Below the pieces are notes generated by a model, which was given only the letters and a program-made list of their open reading frames with translations, did not search any database and was not told the DNA's origin. A program made the position numbers and the translations under genes. 64,000 bases of DNA, taken from NCBI GenBank assembly GCA_018821925.1, contig JAHJLF010000030.1, positions 5,851-69,850 on the forward strand, in the 5' to 3' direction. Every line of letters starts with the position of its first letter. Positions within the stretch are counted from its first letter, which is position 1. Positions 1-9,725 of this stretch are shown here, one piece after another. Source of the DNA: Candidatus Edwardsbacteria bacterium. GTDB lineage: Bacteria; Edwardsbacteria; AC1; EtOH8.

Positions 1-2
1 AC

Positions 3-1175
3 TACCGCGAGGTGCCCTATCTCATCCGGTTGGCCACCCGCACCGATACGGTGACGGTCCGTTATCCGATCGGTCTGGGAACCATTGAGTTCAAGGAACA
101 ACCGGATAACAGCATCACCATCATCCTGAACCGGAAAGAGACCGATTCGATCCCGGACGAGCTGGAGATCAGGACGCCGGCTGTCAATTTCGAAAAAAGC
201 ATCTCGGTATACGGCAGCGACGACAGGGCGGCCTGGCAGGCCCTGGCCGTCAGCCAGCCGATATTCGACTATTCGCGGCACATCGACGTCCGCAACACCA
301 GTGTTACCCTTAAAGGTCCGGCCTTCTCTTATTACAAGGTGGTGATTGGAAACGCGATCGAGGTCAAACGATCGCCCTTTAGCCAGATCGTTACCGAGGC
401 CGGGACTCGGCCGGGGGTGCGTTACGAATCTTTTATACAGAACACCGAACCGTTCCGCATTGAGCGGGCCGCGTTCTTCGGAGTCAAATCCGAGGTCCGG
501 GCCGCCAATCCACTGCAGGTTGCCTATCCCCTTCCGGTGACGTTCTCGGCTTCCGACACCGTGAAAAAGGCGACGCTGATCTATTGCCGGTCCGACCGGC
601 AGCCCGTTAATGAGATCCGCCTGGCAACCGCCAGCCGGATATTCAGGAGGCAGGTTTTGGTGGAGGGAACAAACGATACATCCAAAACCGCAGATTGGAC
701 TACCTTGGCTACAGGCATCGTGCAACGGCTGACGATGGGAGCCTTTCACCGGGAGAACCTGAGCATCCTGCTGGGAGGATGGCAACGGTATCCGCGATAC
801 CGTCTGAGGATCGCTAATGAGGACAATCCTCCCATCGAGGTGACCGAAGTCACGGCAATGGGCGGAATCCACCAGATATATTTTTTCCATAATCAGGCTG
901 AAACGCTGACGGTGTATTATGGCGGGGAGGATGTCAAACCGCCGCGGTATGACGTGGCGGCCATGCTGGCCGACATTCCCCGGGTTGAAGGCGCTCAGTG
1001 GCGTCTGGGGGCGCAGCTGACGGCAGACAAAAAGGGGCCGGGCCGTTACCGGGTGTGGCTCAGTCCCAAAAACATCCTGATATTCTCGCTGGTGGTTATG
1101 GTTGGTGTGCTGGCCGTGGTGCTGTTTCTGATAGTTAAAAAAGTTGAGCAGGGCACTGACCAGAAAAATGAATAA
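3..1175 (+). CDS. DUF3999-like envelope protein, 5'-truncated by window edge
   Basis: Frame is open to the window start (YREVPYLIR...). C-terminal 'VYYGGEDVKPPRYDVAAML' followed by one TM helix resembles the DUF3999 family. Confidence 0.6.
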   Translation, partial: YREVPYLIRLATRTDTVTVRYPIGLGTIEFKEQPDNSITIILNRKETDSIPDELEIRTPAVNFEKSISVYGSDDRAAWQALAVSQPIFDYSRHIDVRNTSVTLKGPAFSYYKVVIGNAIEVKRSPFSQIVTEAGTRPGVRYESFIQNTEPFRIERAAFFGVKSEVRAANPLQVAYPLPVTFSASDTVKKATLIYCRSDRQPVNEIRLATASRIFRRQVLVEGTNDTSKTADWTTLATGIVQRLTMGAFHRENLSILLGGWQRYPRYRLRIANEDNPPIEVTEVTAMGGIHQIYFFHNQAETLTVYYGGEDVKPPRYDVAAMLADIPRVEGAQWRLGAQLTADKKGPGRYRVWLSPKNILIFSLVVMVGVLAVVLFLIVKKVEQGTDQKNE

Positions 1176-1214
1176 TGGTTCCCATGATTTGGTAATTTGA
1201 ATTAGGAGTGTGTT

Positions 1215-1697
1215 ATGGACATTAAGACGGTTTCCATACAGAAACCAGAGGACATCAACTTCATCCTGGGGCAGTCCCATTTTATCAAAACAGTAGAGGA
1301 TCTCTACGAGATATTGGTCTCCTCTGTCCCCGGGATAAAATTCGGGCTGGCCTTCTGCGAGGCCTCGGGTGTCTGTCTGATCAGAGCCGAGGGAACGGAT
1401 AAAGAGATGATCGCGTTGGCAGTTGAGAACGCCGGGAACATCGGGGCCGGGCACAGCTTCATAATATTTTTAAGGGACGCCTATCCCATCAACGTCCTCA
1501 ACGCTGTAAAGAACTGCCCAGAAGTATGCCGCATTTTCTGCGCCACCGCCAATCCCTGTCAGGTGATAGTGGCTGAAAGCGAACAGGGGCGGGGCATACT
1601 GGGGGTGATAGACGGCTTCGCCCCCAAGGGCGTGGAGGATGAGGAAGGCGTTAAGTGGCGAAAAGAGCTTCTGCGCAAGATCGGATATAAACAATAG
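1215..1697 (+). CDS. Adenosine-specific kinase family (DUF355)
   Basis: N-terminal '[18 protein letters not shown]' and C-terminal 'GILGVIDG...[11 protein letters not shown]' are typical; RBS AGGAG. Confidence 0.85.
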   Translation: MDIKTVSIQKPEDINFILGQSHFIKTVEDLYEILVSSVPGIKFGLAFCEASGVCLIRAEGTDKEMIALAVENAGNIGAGHSFIIFLRDAYPINVLNAVKNCPEVCRIFCATANPCQVIVAESEQGRGILGVIDGFAPKGVEDEEGVKWRKELLRKIGYKQ

Positions 1698-1729
1698 TTA
1701 AAAAATTTGAACTTCATGGGATTAAAAAG

Positions 1730-3490
1730 ATGAATGCTTTTTTTAAAATTGTTTTTTGGGCTGGCGCGACGTTTTGGCTTTTTCTTTCATCCGTCACCGC
1801 CCAGCCGCCGATAACCGGCCGCCTGGCGTCAGCATTAGAAAAAACCAAGGCCGATACGACGATAGTGGTGTTGGTATTCTTTTACGACAAGGGATTTTCC
1901 ACCAAGGACGAATTAAGAAGCGCTTTGGATCGGCGCGGCCTGCAGTTGTCTCCGCGGGCTCTCAAGCGCAGGGCCAAGATGGGCCGCCAGGAGATGACTT
2001 TTGAGGACCTTCCGGTAAATACCGATTACGTCCATCGGATCGAGTCCCTGGGCGCAAAACACCGACAGTCATTAACCTGGTTCAACGCCGCCAGCTTCGA
2101 GATGACCGGATCGCAGGTTAAGACCTGCCAAAACCTAAGCTTTGTAAAAACCATCGATCTGCTTCCGGCCCGCAGAAAAAGGATCATGCCGGAATTAGAA
2201 ACCATCAGCCCTAAGATGCCGGATACCGAAAGCCCCAAGGCCCATCTGCTGAACTATGGCCCGTCATTTACCCAGGACAGCCTGATCAACGCCGTGATCT
2301 GCCACGACTCCGGCTATTCCGGGGCCGGGGTGCTGGTGGCCATGCTCGACAACGGCTTCCGCAAGGGCCATCAGGCTTTCGATTCGATCCGTAGTTCCGG
2401 GCGGCTGGTGGACGAATGGGACTTCTGCAGCAGCGCCGATACTGTCGATTGGGACGCGCACGGTACAGCCATCTGGTCGGCGGCCGGCGGCTACGTGCCA
2501 GGACAGCTGATCGGCCCGGCCTATAAATCCCTGTGGGCCATCTATCACACCGAGGACATGAGCCAGGAGATGCCGGTGGAGGAGGACCACTGGGTGGCCG
2601 CCCTGCAACGGGCCGACTCGGTCGGCGCGGAGGTGGTCTCCAGTTCGCTGGCCTACCGCGATTTCGACTTGCCCCAATATTCGTATTCCTACGAAGACCT
2701 GGACGGCAACACCGCCATTTCATCCCTGGCCGCCCGCCATGCCGCATCGCTGGGCATCATCGTCTGCAACGCCATGGCCAACTCCGGCCCGTCGCTGGGA
2801 ACCCTGGCCGCCCCGGCCGACGCCGATTCCATCATCTCGGTGGGCGCCACCGATTCCTTCGGGATCATCGCCAGCTACAGCTCCCGCGGCCCGACCTACG
2901 ACGGAAGGCCGAAGCCGGAGGTCTGCGCCCAGGGAACCCAGGTCTATCTGGCCTCCTGGACCACCACCACCAGCTACGGCCGGGGATCCGGCACCTCCTG
3001 CTCCACCCCCTTGGTGGCCGGGGCCTGCGCCCTGATCCTGGAGGCCCACCCCGACTGGACGCCGATGCAGGTGCGGGAGGCCTTGATGATGACCGCCAGC
3101 CGAAGCACCAGTCCTGATAGCAATACCTACGGCTGGGGAATTATCGATACCTGGGCGGCCATACATTATTCAGCCAGCGGCGCAACCGGGGAAAACCCGC
3201 AGCCAAGGGTCGGGCCGGGGCTGGCGCTTTCCTGCCGGCCGAATCCGATGCGGTCAGAAGCTGTCATAAGTTTTACCATGCCCAGACCGGGCAGCGCTAA
3301 GCTGTCGGTCTATGACATAACTGGCCGGCTGGTATATCAATCACCGACCATCAATGCCGCCCCGGGAAACAACCAATTCTCCTGGTACGGTCGTGATTAT
3401 TCTGGCCGATTGTTGGGTAACGGGGTTTATTTCTGCCGGGTAAACGGCGGAGGCCAGGCCGGAATAATAAAGATCACCATTATCCGCTGA
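1730..3490 (+). CDS. Secreted S8 (subtilisin-like) serine peptidase with C-terminal FlgD-Ig/T9SS-like sorting domain
   Basis: Signal peptide; triad motifs LDNG, HGTA, GTSCSTP; tail 'PNPM...SVYDITGRLV...WYGRD...GVYFCRV'. Confidence 0.9.
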   Translation: MNAFFKIVFWAGATFWLFLSSVTAQPPITGRLASALEKTKADTTIVVLVFFYDKGFSTKDELRSALDRRGLQLSPRALKRRAKMGRQEMTFEDLPVNTDYVHRIESLGAKHRQSLTWFNAASFEMTGSQVKTCQNLSFVKTIDLLPARRKRIMPELETISPKMPDTESPKAHLLNYGPSFTQDSLINAVICHDSGYSGAGVLVAMLDNGFRKGHQAFDSIRSSGRLVDEWDFCSSADTVDWDAHGTAIWSAAGGYVPGQLIGPAYKSLWAIYHTEDMSQEMPVEEDHWVAALQRADSVGAEVVSSSLAYRDFDLPQYSYSYEDLDGNTAISSLAARHAASLGIIVCNAMANSGPSLGTLAAPADADSIISVGATDSFGIIASYSSRGPTYDGRPKPEVCAQGTQVYLASWTTTTSYGRGSGTSCSTPLVAGACALILEAHPDWTPMQVREALMMTASRSTSPDSNTYGWGIIDTWAAIHYSASGATGENPQPRVGPGLALSCRPNPMRSEAVISFTMPRPGSAKLSVYDITGRLVYQSPTINAAPGNNQFSWYGRDYSGRLLGNGVYFCRVNGGGQAGIIKITIIR

Positions 3491-3543
3491 ACCTGTTTTT
3501 TCCCCAGTAAAACTTTACCGATAATTTACTAAGAGGATCGATT

Positions 3544-5997
3544 TTGCTGATCAAAGATTTTAAAAAGGCCGCCCTGATCTACCGGGGCCGGGAGATATCC
3601 TACGCCGAGACCATCTCCCTGGTGAACCGCTTCGCCTCCTGCTATCAATTAAAGAAAGGAGACCGGGCAGCTGTCTTTGCCGAGAACCGCCCAGAGTGGA
3701 TCCATGCATATTTTTCTATATGGAAGAACGCCGGCATCTCGGTGCCCATCGATTACCTGGCCCCGGCCGATGAGGTGGCCTACATATTAAATGATTGCCG
3801 ACCAACGGCTGTCTTCTGTTCGCACAAGACCAAAGAGGTTTTGGCCGAAGCAGTCAATTTGCTGGAAGGGGCCTACCGCCCGGAGATCCTGACCTTCGAG
3901 GAGTTTTCTCTGCCGGAAAATGCGCCGGACAAGATAGCGGACGAGCCGGACAAGCATGAGACCGCCACCATCATCTACACATCCGGCACCACCGGCAGTC
4001 CCAAGGGGGTGATGCTGACCCACGACAATATTATGGCCAATATCGAGGACGTGGTGGACAACACCAAAATATACACCGCCGATGACCGGCTGCTGGCCAT
4101 CCTCCCGTTCCACCACATCTTCCCGCTGATGGGGACCATCATGGCCACCCTGTATTGCGGCGCCACCCTGGTGATCCTGGAGAAGATCTCCTCCGAGGAG
4201 ATACTGAACGCCCTGAAGCAATACCGGATCACCATCATCATCGGGGTTCCCCGGCTGTACCGGCTGTTCCACAAGGGGATGATCGACGAGGTCAATGCCA
4301 GCCCGGCCGCCAGAATGCTGCTGAAGCTTACCCGTGGGTTAAAGCAGCCGGCTTTTGGTCGATTGATCTTTAAAAAGGCCCAGGAGGCCTTCGGGGGGCA
4401 TATCAAATACTTCATCTCCGGCGGGGCCAAGCTGGACGAAAGGGTGGGCGGCGACCTTTACGCCATGGGCTTCGAGGTGCTGGAGGGCTTCGGCATGACC
4501 GAGGCCGCCCCGATGATAACCTTCACCAAGCCCGGCCAGGTAAGGATCGGCTCCCCCGGCACCCCCACCAGCCAGACCGAGGTCAGGATACTTGACGGCG
4601 AGGTGCTGGCCCGGGGCCGCAATATAATGAAGGGCTATTACAACAAGCCGGAGGACACCGCCGCCATTTTAAGGGACGGCTGGCTGCACACCGGCGACCA
4701 GGGCTATCTGGACAACAAGAACCGCCTATTCATCACCGGGCGCAAGAAGGAGATCATCGTCCTGTCCAGCGGCAAGAACATCAATCCCGAGGAGATCGAG
4801 AACCGCATCCTGTCTCTCTCCCCGCTGATCAAGGAGATAGGGGTCTACCCCCGGGATGAGAAGCTGGGGGCGGTTATCCACCCCGATTTCCTGGCGGTCA
4901 AGAAACAGCAGGTGGTCAACCTGCGGGAGACCATCAAGTGGCTGGTGCTGGACAAGTTCAACCTGACGGTGCCCAGCCACAAGAAGATCCACCACTTCAC
5001 TCTGGTCAATGACGAACTGCCCAAGACCCGGCTGGGCAAACTGAAAAGATTCCTTCTGCCGCAGATGGACGCCAAAACCGCCGAGACCCACCGCTTGAGG
5101 CCCGATCCCGACACCGAAGAATACCGGGCGCTTAAAACCTACCTGGAAAAGGCCCTGGATCAGTTGGTCTATCCCGACCAGCATCTGGAGTATGACCTGG
5201 GGCTGGATTCCCTGGGAAAGATAGAGCTGGACCTGTTCCTGGAAAAAAACTACGGGATTAAACTGGAGGACCAGGAATCGGTGGCCCACCATACGGTGGA
5301 GGCCCTGAGCCAGCTGATCGCCGAACAGAAAAAGACTGTCAGCACAGAGCCGTCGGACTGGCACAGCACCCTGCAGGAGAAGACCGACTTTCCGCTGCCT
5401 CAAAGCCGGTTCATGCAATGCCTGATGAAATTGACCACCGCGCCCCTGTTCCGTCTATACTTCCACCTGCGGGGACAGGGACAGCAGAATCTGCCGCCTG
5501 GCCCGTTCATCCTGGCCCCCAACCATCAGAGCTTTCTTGACGGGATATTCCTGGCCATCCTGCTGCCCAATAAAATACTCAAAAATACTTTTTTCCTGAC
5601 CGCCGGAAAACATATTAAAACACCCATCAACCGTTTCTACGCCAACCACAGCAACCTGCTGGTGATGGACATCAACCGGGACTTAAAGAGCACCTTGCAG
5701 CAGGCGGCGGCGGCCATCCGGCAGGGCAAAAACCTGGCCATCTTCCCCGAGGGGGCCCGTAGCCGGGACGGCAATCTGTTGGAGTTTAAGAAGACCTTCG
5801 CCATATTGAGCAAAGAACTGCAGGTGCCGGTGGTGCCGGTGACCATCTCCGGGGCCTATGCCTCGTTCCCCATTGGCCGCAAGCTACCCAAGGCCGACAA
5901 GGTGTCGCTAAAATTCCTCCCAGCCATTTACCCGGGACAGATGGACTACGACCAGATCACCAGTCAGACCAAGCAAGCTATTGCGGAGAATATTTAA
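3544..5997 (+). CDS. Long-chain acyl-CoA/ACP synthetase - ACP - PlsC-type acyltransferase fusion
   Basis: AMP-binding YTSGTTGSPKG and GFGMTE; phosphopantetheine motif GLDSLG; acyltransferase NHQSFLD and IFPEGAR. Confidence 0.9.
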   Translation: MLIKDFKKAALIYRGREISYAETISLVNRFASCYQLKKGDRAAVFAENRPEWIHAYFSIWKNAGISVPIDYLAPADEVAYILNDCRPTAVFCSHKTKEVLAEAVNLLEGAYRPEILTFEEFSLPENAPDKIADEPDKHETATIIYTSGTTGSPKGVMLTHDNIMANIEDVVDNTKIYTADDRLLAILPFHHIFPLMGTIMATLYCGATLVILEKISSEEILNALKQYRITIIIGVPRLYRLFHKGMIDEVNASPAARMLLKLTRGLKQPAFGRLIFKKAQEAFGGHIKYFISGGAKLDERVGGDLYAMGFEVLEGFGMTEAAPMITFTKPGQVRIGSPGTPTSQTEVRILDGEVLARGRNIMKGYYNKPEDTAAILRDGWLHTGDQGYLDNKNRLFITGRKKEIIVLSSGKNINPEEIENRILSLSPLIKEIGVYPRDEKLGAVIHPDFLAVKKQQVVNLRETIKWLVLDKFNLTVPSHKKIHHFTLVNDELPKTRLGKLKRFLLPQMDAKTAETHRLRPDPDTEEYRALKTYLEKALDQLVYPDQHLEYDLGLDSLGKIELDLFLEKNYGIKLEDQESVAHHTVEALSQLIAEQKKTVSTEPSDWHSTLQEKTDFPLPQSRFMQCLMKLTTAPLFRLYFHLRGQGQQNLPPGPFILAPNHQSFLDGIFLAILLPNKILKNTFFLTAGKHIKTPINRFYANHSNLLVMDINRDLKSTLQQAAAAIRQGKNLAIFPEGARSRDGNLLEFKKTFAILSKELQVPVVPVTISGAYASFPIGRKLPKADKVSLKFLPAIYPGQMDYDQITSQTKQAIAENI

Positions 5998-6014
5998 GAC
6001 AATATTTTTCACCC

Positions 6015-6110
6015 AACTCATCCCCGCCTGTCGGACAAACATGGGCAGTGCCCCCTTCTCTTTGCTTCGATAGACTCAGCACAAGTCCCAGAGAAGGGCA
6101 GGGGTGAGTT
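6015..6110. repeat. Composite REP-like palindrome (CCCT..AGGG family with nested CTTCG..CTCAG unit)
   Basis: aactcatcccc...ggggtgagtt outer arms; cccttctc/gagaaggg stem; internal cttcgatagactcagcacaag. Confidence 0.6.
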
Positions 6111-6145
6111 CAGATTTTTTAATCTTTTATTTTTAAAATTAAATT

Positions 6146-8803
6146 ATGCCACTCTATAACCAAACCATAGAACAATCACTGACCGAGCTGGGTTCCGACC
6201 ATTACTCCGGCCTTTCGGACAATCAGGTTATTGAGCGCCTGGCCCAATACGGCCCCAACAAACTGGCCGAGGGCAAGCGGGTCGGGCCGCTGAAGATATT
6301 CTTCGACCAGTTCAAGAATATCATGGTGGTGATCCTGCTGATCGCGGCGGTGATCTCCGGGCTGACCCACGACCTGACCGATTCCTTCGTCATTTTGGCC
6401 ATCGCCCTGATCAACGCCGTCATCGGCTTCCTGCAGGAATACCGGGCCGACCAGGCCATGGCCGCCCTGAAAAAACTTTCCCAGCCGCTGGCCAAGGTGG
6501 TCCGCAGCGGCAAGGTGCTGGAGATCCCCTCGGAGGATCTGGTGCCGGGAGATATCATCTTGATCGAGGCCGGCTCCCGCATCCCGGCCGACGCCCGGAT
6601 ACTGGAGGCCGCCTCGCTTAAGATAGAGGAATCCTCTCTGACCGGGGAGTCCCTGCCGGTGGAAAAAACTTCTCACCCCATTGAAAACGAGGTTCCCCTG
6701 GCCGACCGGAACAACATGGCCTTTTTGGGCACCATCTGCGTCTACGGCCGGGGAAGGGCAGTGGTGGCCGCCACCGGAATGAGCACCGAGCTGGGCAAGA
6801 TAGCAAAGTCCATCCAATCCCTCCGGCAGGGCCAGACCCCGCTGCAGAAAAGGCTGGCCGGGCTGGCCCGGATCCTGGCCCTGGCCACGGTGATCCTGTG
6901 CGCCGTGATCTTTCTGGCCGGGTGGCTGCACGGCATCCCGATATCCATCATGCTGCTGACCGCCATCTCCCTGGCAGTGGCGGCCATCCCAGAGAGCCTG
7001 CCAGCGGTGATTACCATCGTCCTGTCCTTCGGTGTGCAGAAGATGGTCAAGAAGAACGCCCTGGTAAAAAAACTGCCGGCGGTGGAGACCCTGGGCTCGG
7101 TCTCGGTGATCTGCTCGGACAAGACCGGCACCCTGACCCAGAACCAGATGACGGTCAAAAAGGTCTTCTGTGGAGGTATTCTTTACGATGTCGAAGGGGG
7201 CGGCTACCAGCCCCAGGGAAATATCCTGTCCCCCGGCGGGAATATCGCACCTGACGATCAATTCCTACAGTTACTGAAGGCCTCCTGCCTGTGCAACGAC
7301 GCCACCCTGTTCCAGGAGAAGGCCGCCGGCTCCGATGCCTGGAGGATAACCGGCGATCCCACCGAGGGGGCCTTGTTGACCCTGGCCGCCAAGGCCGGGC
7401 TGTGGCGCGATTCTTTGGAGAAGGACCTGCCCCGGGCGGGCGAACTGCCCTTCGACTCCGAACGCAAGATGATGACCACCATCCACCGGATGGACGATGG
7501 ACGGTATATCTGTTATGTCAAGGGCGCCCTGGATAATCTGGAGCGGATATGTCTGGACTTTCCCGCTAAGGCTAACGAGGTCAACAAGTCCCTGGCTGAT
7601 GGCGGACAGCGGGTGCTGGCCCTGGCCTGTAAGATCATCGACGATCTGCCGGAGAAGCTGGAAATAAATGAGATCGAGAGAGGCCTGACATTCCTGGGGC
7701 TGGCTGCCATGATTGACCCGCCCCGGGAGGAGGTCCGGGCCGCAGTGGAGCAGTGCCGCAGTGCCGGCATCCGTCCGGTGATGATCACCGGAGACCACCC
7801 GGCCACCGCCCTGGCCATCGCCCGGGAGCTGGGGATATTTTCGCCCGGCGATCTGCATCTGACCGGAATGGAGCTGAAAGCCCTGAGCGTGGAGGAGCTG
7901 GCGGAAAAGATAGAGCATATCTCCCTCTTCGCCCGGGTCTCGCCGGAGGACAAGATCAAGATAGTCCAGGCCCTGCAGAGCAAGGGGCGGATCGTGGCCA
8001 TGACCGGCGACGGCGTCAATGATGCCCCGGCTTTAAGGGGAGCCGATATCGGCATCGCCATGGGCATAACCGGGTCCGACGTCTCCAAGGAAGCCTCGGA
8101 CGTGGTGCTACTGGACGATAACTTCGCCACCATCGTGGCGGCGGTGGCCGAAGGGCGGCGGATCTACGACAACATCCGCAAATTCGTCCGCTACATGCTC
8201 TCCACCAACTCCGGTGAGATTTTGACCATGTTCGCGGCCATTATGATGAATATGCCTCTGCCACTGATACCAATACAGATACTGTGGATCAACCTGGTGA
8301 CCGATTCCCTGCCGGCGCTGTCCTTAGGGCTGGAGCCGCCCGAAAAGAATATCCTGGACCGTCCGCCGCGCCGCCCCGAAGAGAGCCTTTTCTCCCACGG
8401 CCTTTGGCAACACATCGTTTGGGTGGGCCTGCTGATGGCCGCCGGCACACTGGTGCTGTTCCGCTACGGACTGAGCCTGGGCTACGGCGAGGGATATGCC
8501 CGCACCATGGCCTTCACCTGCATGTCGGTTTACCAGTTGTGCCATTCCCTGGCCATACGTTCGGAACGATTTTCTGCCTTTACCACCGGCTTCTTTACCA
8601 ATAAACACCTTTTGGGTTCGGTGTTGTTGGTTCTGGGGCTGCAAATACTTTTATTGTATTGCCCCCCCCTGAGCGGTATTTTTAAACTGGTGCCTTTAGC
8701 GGCCAAGGATCTGGCATTGAGCCTGGCTGTAGCAACCTCGGTTTTTTGGGCGGTGGAGCTGGAGAAACAGCTGATTAAAAAATATTTTCCAAAAACATAT
8801 TGA
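6146..8803 (+). CDS. P-type ATPase, type IIA (Ca2+/cation-transporting)
   Basis: TGES, IPESLP, DKTGTLT phosphorylation motif, TGDGVNDAPAL; multiple TM helices. Confidence 0.95.
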   Translation: MPLYNQTIEQSLTELGSDHYSGLSDNQVIERLAQYGPNKLAEGKRVGPLKIFFDQFKNIMVVILLIAAVISGLTHDLTDSFVILAIALINAVIGFLQEYRADQAMAALKKLSQPLAKVVRSGKVLEIPSEDLVPGDIILIEAGSRIPADARILEAASLKIEESSLTGESLPVEKTSHPIENEVPLADRNNMAFLGTICVYGRGRAVVAATGMSTELGKIAKSIQSLRQGQTPLQKRLAGLARILALATVILCAVIFLAGWLHGIPISIMLLTAISLAVAAIPESLPAVITIVLSFGVQKMVKKNALVKKLPAVETLGSVSVICSDKTGTLTQNQMTVKKVFCGGILYDVEGGGYQPQGNILSPGGNIAPDDQFLQLLKASCLCNDATLFQEKAAGSDAWRITGDPTEGALLTLAAKAGLWRDSLEKDLPRAGELPFDSERKMMTTIHRMDDGRYICYVKGALDNLERICLDFPAKANEVNKSLADGGQRVLALACKIIDDLPEKLEINEIERGLTFLGLAAMIDPPREEVRAAVEQCRSAGIRPVMITGDHPATALAIARELGIFSPGDLHLTGMELKALSVEELAEKIEHISLFARVSPEDKIKIVQALQSKGRIVAMTGDGVNDAPALRGADIGIAMGITGSDVSKEASDVVLLDDNFATIVAAVAEGRRIYDNIRKFVRYMLSTNSGEILTMFAAIMMNMPLPLIPIQILWINLVTDSLPALSLGLEPPEKNILDRPPRRPEESLFSHGLWQHIVWVGLLMAAGTLVLFRYGLSLGYGEGYARTMAFTCMSVYQLCHSLAIRSERFSAFTTGFFTNKHLLGSVLLVLGLQILLLYCPPLSGIFKLVPLAAKDLALSLAVATSVFWAVELEKQLIKKYFPKTY

Positions 8804-8828
8804 CAAAAGCCTTTTCCGGGCGTAGAAT
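8800..8828 (+). promoter_or_regulatory. sigma70-type promoter
   Basis: TTGACA (8800-8805) - 17 bp - TAGAAT (8823-8828), followed by AAGGAGG RBS. Confidence 0.8.
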
Positions 8829-8850
8829 GAATCCATAAGGAGGACAGTCT

Positions 8851-9012
8851 ATGCCCAGCTGTATCTTTATGCACACCTGCATGTTTCCGGGATACGGACC
8901 GGACCATGACCCCCGCTGTAATATGGCCCCGGGGATTATAGTAGATAAAGCCGCCTGCCAACAGGCGGCTTTATGCGTTCATCCCAAAAGGCCACGGAGT
9001 GTCCCGGTATGA
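8851..9012 (+). CDS. Unannotated 53-aa Cys/His-rich small ORF (possible leader peptide)
   Basis: MPSCIFMHTCMFPGYGPDHDPRCNMAPGIIVDKAACQQAALCVHPKRPRSVPV; AAGGAGG RBS; stop overlaps the next ATG (ATGA, 9009-9012). Confidence 0.6.
   Translation: MPSCIFMHTCMFPGYGPDHDPRCNMAPGIIVDKAACQQAALCVHPKRPRSVPV
8945..8974 (+). terminator. Perfect 13-bp hairpin inside the small ORF (terminator/attenuator candidate)
   Basis: ATAAAGCCGCCTG-ccaa-CAGGCGGCTTTAT. Confidence 0.5.
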
Positions 9013-9569
9013 TACCCGTACCAAAAAAAGCCAAAGAAGATAAGAGCCGCCTCGGGCTGGCCGAGCCCTCCATGGAGCAGGAGGAGGCTTTCCGGAAATT
9101 GGCGGCCGATTACCGGGCGGCCGGGGAGCAACGCTATACCAATCTATACGACGTCCACGGCATGGCCTTTGACCGTTACATCAAGGACCTGCAGCGGGAA
9201 TATCTGGAGCGGGACCTGTCGGACGGGCGGGTGCCCTGCAACACCTTTTGGATGCTGTCGGACCAAGAGACCATCTGCGGAATCAGCCGACTGCGGCATT
9301 ACCTGACTCCGGAGATAGAGATGGAGGGGGGCCACATCCTACTGGAGGTGCCGCCCTCCCTGCGCCGCCGGGGGTACGGTTCGATCCTTTTGGAAATGAC
9401 CCTGGAACGGGCGGTGGAGCTGAAGATAACCAAGGCTCTGCTTACCTGCGACTGGGACAACTTCGGGGGCATCCGGGTCATCAAGAACAACGGCGGAATG
9501 CTGGAGAACACCATATTATCAACCATTACCGGTAAAAAAGTGATGCGCTTCTGGATCGATCTGACATAA
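9009..9569 (+). CDS. GNAT-family N-acetyltransferase (COG3981-like)
   Basis: 'LRHYLTPE...GGHI...VPPSLRRRGYGS...ALLTCD..N.GGIRVIKNNGG'. Start placed at ATG 9009 (ORF track starts at 8973). Confidence 0.85.
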   Translation: MIPVPKKAKEDKSRLGLAEPSMEQEEAFRKLAADYRAAGEQRYTNLYDVHGMAFDRYIKDLQREYLERDLSDGRVPCNTFWMLSDQETICGISRLRHYLTPEIEMEGGHILLEVPPSLRRRGYGSILLEMTLERAVELKITKALLTCDWDNFGGIRVIKNNGGMLENTILSTITGKKVMRFWIDLT

Positions 9570-9725
9570 TCCTCTCTATAAACACACCCGTTGTCTCCCC
9601 GGCAGCCAAAAGGCTTTCGGGTTTTTTATTTTAAATATGTTTTTTATCATTGTATTCAACCTGAAAATGATATAAAATAAATATTTAACGGTCGGGTCTT
9701 TCATCTCTTTTTTGGGGAGGGACCG

